NCBI GenBank assembly: GCA_026770705.1
Contig: JANJGN010000035.1
Location: 7,068,001-7,132,000 of the forward strand
Source: Isurus oxyrinchus
Taxonomy: Eukaryota
Direction: 5' to 3'
Length of the DNA: 64,000 bases
The translations under genes were made by a program, and so were the position numbers. The notes beneath the pieces were generated by a model. It was not told the DNA's origin. It saw nothing but the letters and a program-made list of their open reading frames with translations, and ran no database searches. Positions 51,721-62,599 of this stretch are shown here, in pieces; position 1 is the first letter of the stretch; each line of letters starts with the position of its first letter.

Positions 51721-54700
51721 AATGTTGTTAAATGCAGAAACTTGAGCTGCGGTTCCAGAGCTCGTGGTGGAGAATCTATGGTGAATGCACGAGGCTAAGA
51801 GCTCCATGGATAGCACGTTCAAAGAGGTGGTTACACAGCCAGCTAAAGGCCTGGACACAGAGAGCGAATCGATAGTGCAATTTAAGGAGGCAGTTAGTAG
51901 AGGAGTCTATTCGGTTCCGGCTCAGAACTCATGGTTCCATGTTGGAAGCTAGAGACAGAATTGTTTCCTTAGAGGAGTGCAGTCAGAGGCAAGTCTGTGG
52001 CATCACTAGCGGCTTGAATTTACAGCTATGGATGTAGAATAAAGGAAGAGCTATGCTCGTAGGGTATTCATTGGTTCGGGAAATAGACAGGCGCCTCCGT
52101 GGCCATAGGGTTTACTGCAGCTTGCTTTCTGCCTCTCTGCTGCCACAGACCAGCTGCAGGAAATTCTTTTTGTGAATGTAATCAGCCTAGAGTCCCTCAC
52201 CAAAATCAGAGCAATGAGTTAGTTATGAAGGCGGACGTGTCCTGCAATTGTAATTTTGGGAGCTAGGTGAAAAATTTTCGAGTAGGAACTGTAGTGTAAT
52301 AATCACAAGTTTGACCCCCCCACCGCCCCCCCCCCCCACCCCCCCCACCCCACCCTTGCAAGTGGCCAGTGATTACAGAAATTGGCTAACACGGATTAAG
52401 TTGTTGCAAAGATTATGCAGGAGGATGAGCCTTATGTTACTTAGACAATAGGACCGGGTAAGGGGCAGATGACAAAGGTTCAAGCTGCATGTGTTGTACC
52501 TGAACATAGCTGGGAATGAATGCCTTGCTGCTGCTTTTGGGAGGGCATTAAAGTAACTTGACAGGGGTGTAAGAACAAATAGCAAAAATGACAGAGGGAT
52601 TCTAGGGTGTACAAAAAACCGGGAGGGACAAATAGAACTATTACATTACAACGTATGTAGTGTAGAATGGATATTTAGTTAATGGGCAAAGTCTGGGAAT
52701 GGTAGAAAGTAACACAATCTAAATCAGTGCACTATAAATGCATGTGAATGCACGGAGCATAGTAATTACGATTGCTGAGTTAAAGGCGCAGGTTTCCATG
52801 TGCAATATAATGTTGTGGTGATTAACAGAGGCCTGGCTCAATGAGGGGCAGATCTGGGTGTTAATTAATGACAGCTACTAGGTGTTCAGAAGACATCAGA
52901 GTGAAAGGAAAGGAAGAGGGTTGCCGGGGTTCATTAAGGAGAGCATTGAGGTGTGGAATAAATAGGAGGTCCCAGGGTGTGCCAGGACTAACCAATTTGA
53001 CTAAAGCTAAGGAAAGTAAAACAATGAAGTTAAATTGCTCAATGTAGCCTATAGAACGTCTATATTGATGAGGATGGGGTAGAAATAATCCGCAGGGAAA
53101 TTAAAGAGAGATGCAGGACCTAACAAGAAGTTATAATGGGTGACTTTAATTACCTGAATATAAACTGTGGCAGTTGTAACCATGTGTTTGGATAGGGGAT
53201 AAAGTTCCTAGAGTGTGTTGAGGAGAATTGGCTACAGCAATATGTGTACAACCCAAAAACAAAATACATAGTTCTTGGTAATTAGGTGAGTCAAATTGAT
53301 CAGTTGCCAGTGGGGGATCATTTTGCAAACAGTGATCGTTGTATTGTGCATTTTAGGGCAATGTTAGAAATGGATGATATGCAATCCCGAGTGAAAATTA
53401 TTAATGCGACAAGAGCTGAGTTCCATAGGGCAAGAACGGAGCTGGGGCACATCGGTTGGAAGGAGAGATTAACAGGGTAATAACGGCAGCTGAACAATGG
53501 ACCTCCGTCAAAAAAGAATTGGTTCTGTCAGAGTCAAGATGTATTCCATCAAAATGGAAAGATAAGGCAAACACATCCACTGCTCCTTGGATACAGAATG
53601 AGATTTAAATTAAGGTAAAGAAGAAAAAAATTGCTTATTACAGGTGTCAGGCAGAAAATACATTTGAGATACAGAAGTAATGCAGCGATTTCAGCAGGAA
53701 GGTGAAAATGCTTATTAGAGGAGCAAAGATGGATTGTGAAAAATGCTGGCAGTCAACATGAAGGGGAATCCCAAAACCTTCTATAGGCATAAAAATAGGA
53801 AATGGGTGCTAAAAGGAGATGTAGAGCCGATTAAGCAACTAAAGAGGGAAATTGCATATGGAAGAGGGGGCCATGGCTGGCATATTTAATAAGTACTTTC
53901 CATCCGGCTTTAGAAGGAGACAAAGCCTACCTAGGTTGTGGTGACAGACGAGGAATCTTTGTTACTAGAACGGTTCTAAATTGATAAGGGGGAAGCATTG
54001 AATAGGCATGTCAGTATTTAAAGTTTAGAAGGGATCGAGACCGGCTAAGTTGCATCCAAGGTTATTTAATAAATTGAGGATAGAAATTGCTGGGACATTG
54101 GCCGCAATCTTTCAGAGGACTGGAGAATTGCAAACGTACGCCCCTTTTCAAAAAGAGAGCAAGCATATTACTGACCAGTCAGTTTACCGTCAGTGGTGGA
54201 CAAGATTCCAGAAAAAAATATTCGGGATAGAATTAGCCGTCACATGGAAAAACGGGGGTTATTAACGAAGAGCCGGCATTGATTTGTAAACAGGAAATCA
54301 TGTTTAAATAATTTGCTGAAGTCATTTTTAAAGATGTAACAAGAAAAACCTTTGAACATAATGCTGTTGCTGTGATCTACATGGAATTTCAAAATGCATT
54401 TGACAAAATGCGAAATATGTACTTATCAGAAAAGCTATTGCTGATATAATAAAATGTACAGCAGCAACGTGGATATACAATTGTCTTAAAATAGGTTCCA
54501 GTGAGTAATAGTCAATTGATATTTTTTTCAGTCTAGAGTCAGTGTTCTACTGAAGTTCCCCTGAATCTGTATTCGAGGCCCTCCTGTTCTTTATGACTAA
54601 TATTTTGCTGTGCATGCGGTAAATGCAAAATTTGTGGATGATACGAAGCTTGTGAGTGCTTCGAGGATGGCTGTGTGGAACTTGAAGTGGACAGGGGCAA

Positions 54701-56379
54701 GTTGGTGGAGTCGGAAAATATGCGTTAGAAGACGTTCAATGATGGAAAGTTTGAGGTATTGAACTTCGTTAGGAGGAAGATGGCCAGATAATACAAAATA
54801 TGGGATGAAATTTTGTAAAGTGTGCAAGACGTGGGTACGCATCTGCATAGATCAGTGAAGTCGATAGGGCAGGTGAAAGAACAGATAATCAAGCATATAA
54901 CATCCTCGGCTTTATTAATGGAGGCAAGAAGTACAATAGCAGGGGGGGTTATGCAAAATTTATGTAAGTGAATCATTAAACTCTGTTGGAATATTTTGTA
55001 AAGTTCAGGGCAGCATATTATCTGGAGGAGGTGAACACATTGGTGAGAGTGCAGGAGAGGTTTACAAGAATTGCCATTGAGAATAGAAACTTCAGCTCTG
55101 AGGATAGTTTGTAGCCTTTGAGACTATTCTCCTTAGATAGAACATGGAGGAGAGGAGATTGATAGAGAACTACAAAATAATGTTGGGGATGGGATGAATA
55201 GTTAGGGAGAAGATGTTCACACTCGTAAAAAGATCATGAACGACAGGGCAAGGTTACAGCATTATTTGCAAAGTGCAAAATGCAACTTTTTCACAGGACG
55301 TGTGGTTCGTTTCTGAAAGGAACTGCCGGGACTTTTGATGGAAACAAATCTAATCGATGATTTCAAGAGGGAAGTAGATGATTATTTGAACAGAAAAAGT
55401 TTACAGAGTAATGGTACCTTGTCATTATGCTCATTTGGAGAGCTGTTGCCGACATGATGGGCCGAAACATGTCTTTATGTGACGTTAAGACTCTGTGATA
55501 TTCTAATTAGTCTCTCGTCTATTAGCTACTCAATGAATTTATGTAAACGAGGATCGAGCAACTCAGCTTTTCCAGGCCTCTAACTTATAAACCCGAGAGT
55601 ATTATTTTCTACTATTTCTGCACTATCATACTATCGTACTGCACAATAAGGAAACACAAACACCTATGAAGCTAAATATAGGCAACAGGACTTCGCCATA
55701 TTTCCACTCGCTTCTGCTGAGGTGCAATCATGGCTGCTCTACTGACACCCATCCACATTACCGACCGTTCTGTATATCCCACAAAGCCGGGGAGATCTTA
55801 CCCTTCTCTATAAGCAAATATGCAGCCCACAGACTCCCGTGGCTGGAGAATCCCGGTGTTTAATTTAATTCTGACTGAAGAAATGTTATCTAATCGCACA
55901 TGCAAAAAGTTGTCCTATTATGCTGTTTCAGTGCTCGTTAAACATCTATTTTTTGCAGAATAAAAAAAATTATCTTGCCTACTTCCTTGTCAATAGCCTC
56001 CAGAATGTTGAAACCCTCAACATATTCTGCTGTGATTCTTCCTACACTTCAGAACGCATAGACACAACTAACTCAGGCTCTCATTGATGGGATAAAGTCT
56101 CGAAACTAGAAGTCGTGAAGATTATAACACATCCAAAGTAGTTGCACGCTTCCTTATGCAATGAACGTAAAGCTATTTACAGTTCACTTAGTGTCGTCTC
56201 GCCAAAGCTCTATAGAATTTCTACTAGGGTTTTTCATTTTTGCACTTTAGAAGCCATGTAATCAATGCCAGCATGGCATTCATTTTCCTAATTTTTCCCT
56301 GTACCTGCATGTCAACCTTTGGCCTTACTTGTATGAATGCCGGCTTTTTTAATACCATCACTTAAAAGAGAATGTTGCA

Positions 56380-56470
56380 CTGGGATAGAGGGCACGCAAG
56401 GATCATGTTCAATGGTGGAGCAGGCTTGAAGGGCCTAATGGCCTCCTCCTGCACCTAGTTTCAATGTGCC
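56380..56470 (+). mobile_element. Short CR1/SINE-type 3' tail
   Basis: GATCATGTTCAATGGTGGAGCAGGCTTGAAGGGCCTAATGGCCTCCTCCTGCACCTA resembles elasmobranch LINE/SINE 3' ends as I recall them. Confidence 0.6.
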
Positions 56471-57456
56471 ACCTATTTTAAATATATATTCCCGTGGAAT
56501 GTCAGTTGATTGTGATTGCCACTCCGCTTGTGCTAACTTAAAATAAAACTGCTCCTATCTCACCCGAATTTCCGACTCAGACCTCGAGAGGGTTCCCGGG
56601 GCCTACAGTCGAGTGCAGCTTGGTCTAAAGTAAGTATTTATTACGTCAATATCAGCCATGGCCATTGATCAGGACGATATGTATTGGGGCTGAAAGTATT
56701 TTAATATGGCGTGCTTGGGGTTGCTTGGCCAGTGCTATAGCTACACAGAACCTGGAAGTCGTTCCAATTCTTATACATTATTTGTGGTAATTAATCCGAT
56801 AACACAGTCGGATCTACCCAAAGTTTTGCATGAAACTCTCAGTTTAGGGTGTTTCCCAGAGCAGCAAAATTCGCAGGAAGTTTGAAATTCTGGGCAATCG
56901 CTGTTCAATGCTGGGCCTGAATTTTACACTCCAAGTTCGGAATCTGTCGCATTTTGGAGCGTGTTATGGGCTGCTTTATCTGCCGGCGCCAGGTTTTTAT
57001 TTTGTCGTTACGCTAGATTTCCTTTATAACACAAGCACTAGGGTCTGAACATCGGGTCCTGTCTGCATTATTTAAATTTCGATATCGAAGGTAATTGAGG
57101 CATTTAAGCAACCGATAACGCAGTGAAAAGGCTGTAGAATGGTGCTGTGCCAAGAGTATGCCAAATGATGATTTTTAACATTTTTTTTTTAAGGACAAGC
57201 CTGTTTTGGCGGTTTTTGAAACTGCAGCTGAGGCCACAGTGTCAGTTTTGCTGATCGAGCACAGGGGTACCTGTTCATTTAAGTGGACAGAAGGACCTTA
57301 ACTTAATTATTCATGAGGAAATTGTCCTCCAATAAAAAGCGCTCATCAGCTAGATCATTTCCCAATACATTACCAGGGGTGAGAGATGAAACGTGTAGGA
57401 ATCAGATGGGAATTTTTTTCTCAGCTGCCGACACAACATCGCTGAAGGTGGAGGGT

Positions 57457-57478
57457 GGGGGGGGGGGGGGGGGGGGGG
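57457..57478 (+). repeat. Poly-G run (22 nt)
   Basis: Direct observation. Confidence 0.95.
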
Positions 57479-58029
57479 AGTGGTGGGAATAATTATCAAG
57501 AGGAGGAAGAGGAGAAGTGAGAAGATGCAGGAAGTACCTGAAGCTAAGGATTATGTGGTTCCACCGGAAGGGAGCACAGGAGAAACTGGCCCCGAGGATC
57601 AGGGGCACCTGAGAAACTCTCAGCGGAGACGCCACAATCTTGTGCTGGAACAAGTTTATATAGGCAGAGGAGCAGCTACTAGCAACTGGCGTCATGAGGT
57701 GACTGAGACTTTTGTGCGTCTGGGACCAATTCCATGGTGTTACATCGACGCTGTTGATGTCGTGAGCCCCTATCTCCCACACAGACTCAGTCTGCCTGAG
57801 CTTCCTTCTCTTCCCAGCGCTCGGAATGAGCTGGTGATGTTTATTTTACAGTGTATGCACGAAGGTACCAAATCCTGCCTCATTGAATCTCGGGGCAGCT
57901 TTTTGCGTTCTGTAATGCCTCTCCCCTCGCTCTGTTGGCGGCTTTCCATCCTAGATATAAATCAACATGTGGTGGCCTGCCCACATTTAAAGATCCTTGC
58001 ATCTTTGAATATTGACAATAACAAAGAAG

Positions 58030-59020
58030 CAAAATAAAGACAGTAGATATAGTTAAATGACCAGCAGCCCTGGTAGCATCTGTGGATGTTTGGACGGATT
58101 TACGATCGCAATTATGTGACTTCAGAGCTGAAGTGAGATATAATTGTTATGTTGTTGAACAGAGCAGGTGAAGCAGGTATATCAGTGATAGGCGGGAGCT
58201 CAGGACAGATTTTACTAATATGCTATAGACACAAAGCAAAGGGAGTGTTAATGATAATGTTAAAGACTAAGACAAGTCTAAGATGTGCATATAAATTAGA
58301 TAGCACAATTTGTGAATTGCAGAAGGAGGGCCAACGCTTTTCAAAAGAATAATTAAGTAAAGGTTACTGACTGGTCCTTTGCTGGGAATGGGTTTGCGAA
58401 AATAATAACCTGGAAGACAGAGTTATTGATCTGAATTTGTTGAACTCATGTTAATTGCAGAAGGCCGACTAATGCCTAATTGGAATATGTTTATCCATTT
58501 GCTTTGCGAATCTACGGGAGCAGCACCTCATCTTCCAAGTAGGCATTTATAAGCTCCTGCACTTACCGTTAGGCTAAACATATTCAGATCATGAACTCAG
58601 CCCACCATTTTTTCTTTCTGTTCCCAAATACTCCCCTCCGCAGAGAAAGCCCATAACTTAGGTTCTGCTTCAAGGAGCCAATAGACTTTTTCTCGATTAA
58701 CACAACCTTATATTTGATCTTTGTGTCACCATTAGTACGTTCGTAAATCATTTGAACTATAAATACTGCCCATTTTGGCTTGTGCTCTTAACAGCTGTAA
58801 CAAGATGCTCGAAATTTTATTTTGGCCTTCTTCCTCCACCCCCTCTCTTCAACATACTAACACCATGAAATATCTACATCTCTTCAGCTCTAAAGAAGAG
58901 TCACATGGACACAAAAGTTTTACCCTATTCGTCTCTCCACATAAGTCACCTGCTCTGCTGAGAGTTTCCAGAAATTTTAGGTTATAGCTCACTTTTCCAA
59001 TATTCGCTGTATTTTCGTTT
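58030..59020. mobile_element. Old Penelope-like remnant with tails in inverted orientation
   Basis: Antisense tail at ~58030-58130 (CAGCAGCCCTGGTAGCATCTGTGGA), sense tail at ~58890-59020 (CCTGCTCTGCTGAGAGTTTCCAG), and a GIY-YIG C-terminal remnant EQHLIFQVG at ~58518. Confidence 0.65.
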
Positions 59021-59991
59021 AATGTTTGCGAAAATGGAAATCAACTTATGGTATCAGAATTTATTATGCACTAATGTTGACTCTGAATAGTAGATGCACA
59101 CAATTGAACATCTGATGGGTCAACTGACAAAGCCAAGTACCAGAGGGTGCGTTACGAAGCTAGCCATTACCTTTTTCATGTTGCCTTTATCTTCTGAGAC
59201 AGAACACCAGCACTCTTTGGGCGAGATGACGATCTGTAAGCTCTAATAGTAACTCCTGTCACATACCACATTATTGGACGTGCACTGATGGATTCCCAGA
59301 CATCGGAATTCCGAAAACTTCTGGGTGCGGCACCTGTGACAGATGAGCGATTGTATTATTCCACCTCCTATGACAGCATTTTCTTAATCAGTTACAGGTC
59401 CTTTTGGCAAAATGTTACATTTAGTCGTGGCGGAATTGTGCAAAATATCCGGCCCCTGTGCAGTTGATACACGACACTCAATGAATTCGTCAAGATCAGT
59501 GATAGAGACGAGAATTATTTGTGTGCTGAAAATATGCCCTTGAAGATCTTTAGTTATAGCCTGCCAATTTGTAATCCCAAAAACAATCGTATTCTGTGTT
59601 GGGATTCAGTTAAGCACTATTCCGTCGATGGGTGTTTAATATTCGAAACTTCATGACAATTTGTAATCGATATGAACCTTTGTCTGATGCCTTCTCGTTT
59701 GCAATTTCAAACTAAAAATAAGTGTGCATTAGAAACTGTCTTCTATCTATGTGGTTAGTTCTGGCATCGGAAGAAAACGTATTTTCTGATCCGTATTTCG
59801 TTTCGAACAGCTTTGTTGATTGCCTGCTCATTGTATGATTTTCAGAATGCTTTGTGAATTGATCCTTCTTTTGCAGCGTATTTGTGTAGAGTTTCGCTTG
59901 TATTTTTGTGTACAGTGGTATTACTTTTTTTAAATTTTCAAACACTGGTATCGTTTTAGAGAAGATTTGACTTGATAACAAATTCATGCAG

Positions 59992-60176
59992 TGGTGGAAG
60001 ACTACGGTCTCTCGCAGATGGCGGTTTCCTCTACTGGCAGTCAATGGCATTCCAACATCCGTGCGACTTCGGGGAACACGTGATCAAATATAATTTGCCG
60101 CAAAATAACAACAAAGATGCTTTATAGAATATCATCCCTTCCAGTGCACTGAAGAATACTGTCCCAATTCAGGAAC
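59992..60176 (+). pseudogene. Probable divergent sixth A-type exon (A6), decayed
   Basis: AATTCATGCAG|TG GTG GAA GAC reads VEDYGLSQMAVSSTGSQWHSN (cf. VEDNTG in A4, TGSQ in A5, HSN in A1/A2). A CCTTGAA anchor lies ~454 bp upstream (~411-429 bp in other units). 3' end uncertain. Confidence 0.4.
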
Positions 60177-60299
60177 GTTAATTTCTCCAATACGGATTGT
60201 CAGTGATGATAACGTTGGGTGGCTTTCTCAATGCGATCACACCAGCGTCGCAAGAGACAGGAGGCTGGCAGGCTTAAAAATCGCCGACCCTCTGCGTTA

Positions 60300-61450
60300 A
60301 AAGTTTTCATTAAGGGCGAATTATTGCGCCCAAACCTAAGAGCTTTTTCTACTTTACATGGAGTACAATAAGGCAATGTCGACAAGACAGGAAATGTCAT
60401 GCGTTATTAAGTATTAATTTGAAAGACAAGTCAGCGAATTAATTGCCACCTCACTGCAACAATGCAGTCAAAGGGAAGTAATACGACTACAAGACGAGAT
60501 TTTCGAGGGGGGTGTGTGCGTGTGTACTGTTACATGGCTAGGTTATTTGTACGAGGTTAAAAACTCCAGCTGGCACCAGATTATCAGCTTTGCAGTTCGA
60601 ACACTATCGAGTGCAGAAACTGTTCATTTTGGCGGACAGAGGAATTAATTAGCTTTTTTTTTTCATGAGAATAACTCACCTCCAATTTAGAGGGATGTTT
60701 TCATGGAGCCATGTTGTGTCCTTGACACAGGGATGAAAGCTCAATGGTGTCCGGGACAGATGTCGATTATGGTTTAGTTGGAGACTCCGCCTCCTGTGAG
60801 GGGAAGAGAAGGATTAGGAGGAAGCAGCGAAGGGGGATGAGAGGATGAAGGAAACACAAGGAGGCTCAGGAAGACATAGTTCCTTACCATATGGACAGAG
60901 GAACTCCAGAAGCCGACAGCGAAGAAGAACGTAAGGATTCTCAGCAGAGCCTAATGGCACCCCAATATTTTTTAGATGGAGATCTAGCTAGCTGAAACTG
61001 GCCTCATGAGACCATTGAGCCTTTTTTCTCGCACTTGGATCAAACCCTCCTCACTATCTGAACAAAGGATACAAAACACTGTTCAGTACCTACTGAATTG
61101 CAAATAATCACCTGATGTAGATTTAAAGTAATTAACCCTGGATTACTGAAATGAGGAAACAATTTTACACAAATTTCTGTACGATTGTGGAACTCACTAT
61201 ATGCCTGGGCTGTTGAGGCAGAAAGCCACGTCACATTATCTATGCTCCTTGACCTCTGATTCAAGACCTTTTTCCTTCTGGACACTGTTCTTTTATGCGG
61301 ATGTGGAATTAGCCTCGCCAGCAATTTATGATTGGCCTCTTGTGTAACAGATGTCAGACGATTATTTTCCTCTTCATCGGTCTTGCATCCACTCCGGGGG
61401 CTTTTGAAGTCCCATTGAGTATTATTGATTTTTTATATTGGCTTTGAGGT
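60300..61450 (+). mobile_element. Second, more decayed copy related to the Harbinger-like element at 57 kb
   Basis: 60820-61045 is colinear with 57500-57730 (TCTCAGCAGAG vs TCTCAGCGGAG; AACTGGCCTCATGAG vs AACTGGCGTCATGAG). Ends not resolved. Confidence 0.4.
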
Positions 61451-62384
61451 TTAGTTAGTGAAGAAACGGCACAGTAAAATATTTTAAACATAACTATATT
61501 CTTGCTAATAGTTTGATGTAGAAAGATACTTTACACCAGAAATTTAGCAGACCGGAGTTACTGGTGATGCTATCTGTGAAGCATAAGATATAAACCAAGA
61601 GCTGCATGAACAACACCAATGGGCTTAATCTCATTTTCTAAAACATAAATGCAATCACGTTCGGTGGGATTTATGTTCCACTGGAACTGGTTGATCAACT
61701 GATCGTGATAAAATAGTAAGATGATTCGGGAGGGTGCGGGGGTATACATGATACTGCCCGAAATTGCACCTTATAGGCTTGCTTATAGTTGTCCGGTGAC
61801 ATGGCTGAAGATCCATTCACAGGGCTAAAAGAAAATGGATAGGGAGCGGGGCGGGGTGTGGGAGAGATCATTTGCAATATTTCATGTGAGGAACGATGTA
61901 GGTAGAATCCCTAAATTTAGTATGACGAGTTGGGACGCAATTTCAAATGTAGGGTTGGAAAGGCAATTATCTCTCGAACCTTGACAGGCCACCCATCCCT
62001 AGAATAGGGTCAAGAACTTTACGCTCATAAATGCGTCGCTCTAACTTTGGTCGATGAAGCATGGCTTGTAATGAGTTCAACAATAGGCTGGAACCATTTA
62101 CCATACTTTTTGTATTTGCAGCATTTCTCTCGGATGAGTTTCGTGTACTGGAAAGTTGTGCATTGGCTGGTGTAGACTAGGCTTTAATCTAACAGAAGGC
62201 AGCGAGAGGTTTTGTGGGTGGATTGACTCTGGGGCGGGGAGGGGGGGGGTATGCGGTGTTCAGTTGAAAGAAGAATTTAAAATTGAAACAGACAATTCAA
62301 GTGTTTGAACAGTATAGTGATGTTGTCAAAGGCCAGGAGAGTGGGACTGCAATGAATATATTGCTTAACCACCATTATACGTAA

Positions 62385-62490
62385 CAGAGTTCAGACAAAG
62401 GGTCATGAAGACTCGAAACCTCAACCCTTTTCTTCTCCGCCGAAACTGCCAGACCTGCTGAGTTTTTCGAGGTAATTCTGTTTTAGCTGA
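62385..62490 (+). mobile_element. Penelope-like 3' tail fragment
   Basis: AAGGGTCATGAAGACTCGAAACCTCAACCCTTTTCTTCTCCGCCGAAACTGCCAGACCTGCTGAGTTTTTCGAGGTAATTCTGTTTT closely matches 32929-33016. Confidence 0.85.
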
Positions 62491-62599
62491 AACTGAAAGT
62501 TGGTTATCAGGATGCTTGATATATCCGCAATAAGTAAGGTAAACTACTAGCACAGAAAGAGACATACTATAGATCTAATCTCCATCAAGTACAGATAAA

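Larger units (their letters stand above)
47846..55505 (+). mobile_element. Near-full-length decayed CR1-type LINE (outer element), interrupted by a second CR1
   Basis: ORF1 N-terminus at ~48468-48527 resumes at ~51721; esterase-like ORF1 at ~52050-52560; endonuclease NARSIV at ~52747; MHPRLFNKL..EIAG; RT KFVDDTKL at ~54628; 3' tail ATGATGGGCCGAA...GATATTCTA. Confidence 0.85.
56913..59455 (+). mobile_element. Probable decayed PIF/Harbinger DNA transposon
   Basis: Imperfect terminal inverted repeats GGGCCTGAATTTTAC (56913) and GCAAAATATCCGGCCC (59440-59455), with CTG at both ends; RRRH...YRQRSSY*QL at ~57623-57690 resembles the Harbinger transposase N-terminus. Confidence 0.45.

Noticed and set aside
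57480-58037. 185-aa ORF
   Set aside because: It lies in a probable Harbinger relic, the transposase-like motif shifts frame, and it starts at a GTG next to a poly-G run.
59610-60050. Minus-strand 112-aa ORF and an adjacent possible exon reading FEIANEKASDKGSYRLQI (Ig-like D.G.Y motif)
   Set aside because: No Cys after the motif, an early stop and no other Ig features; the region is better explained as a + strand partial repeat unit.
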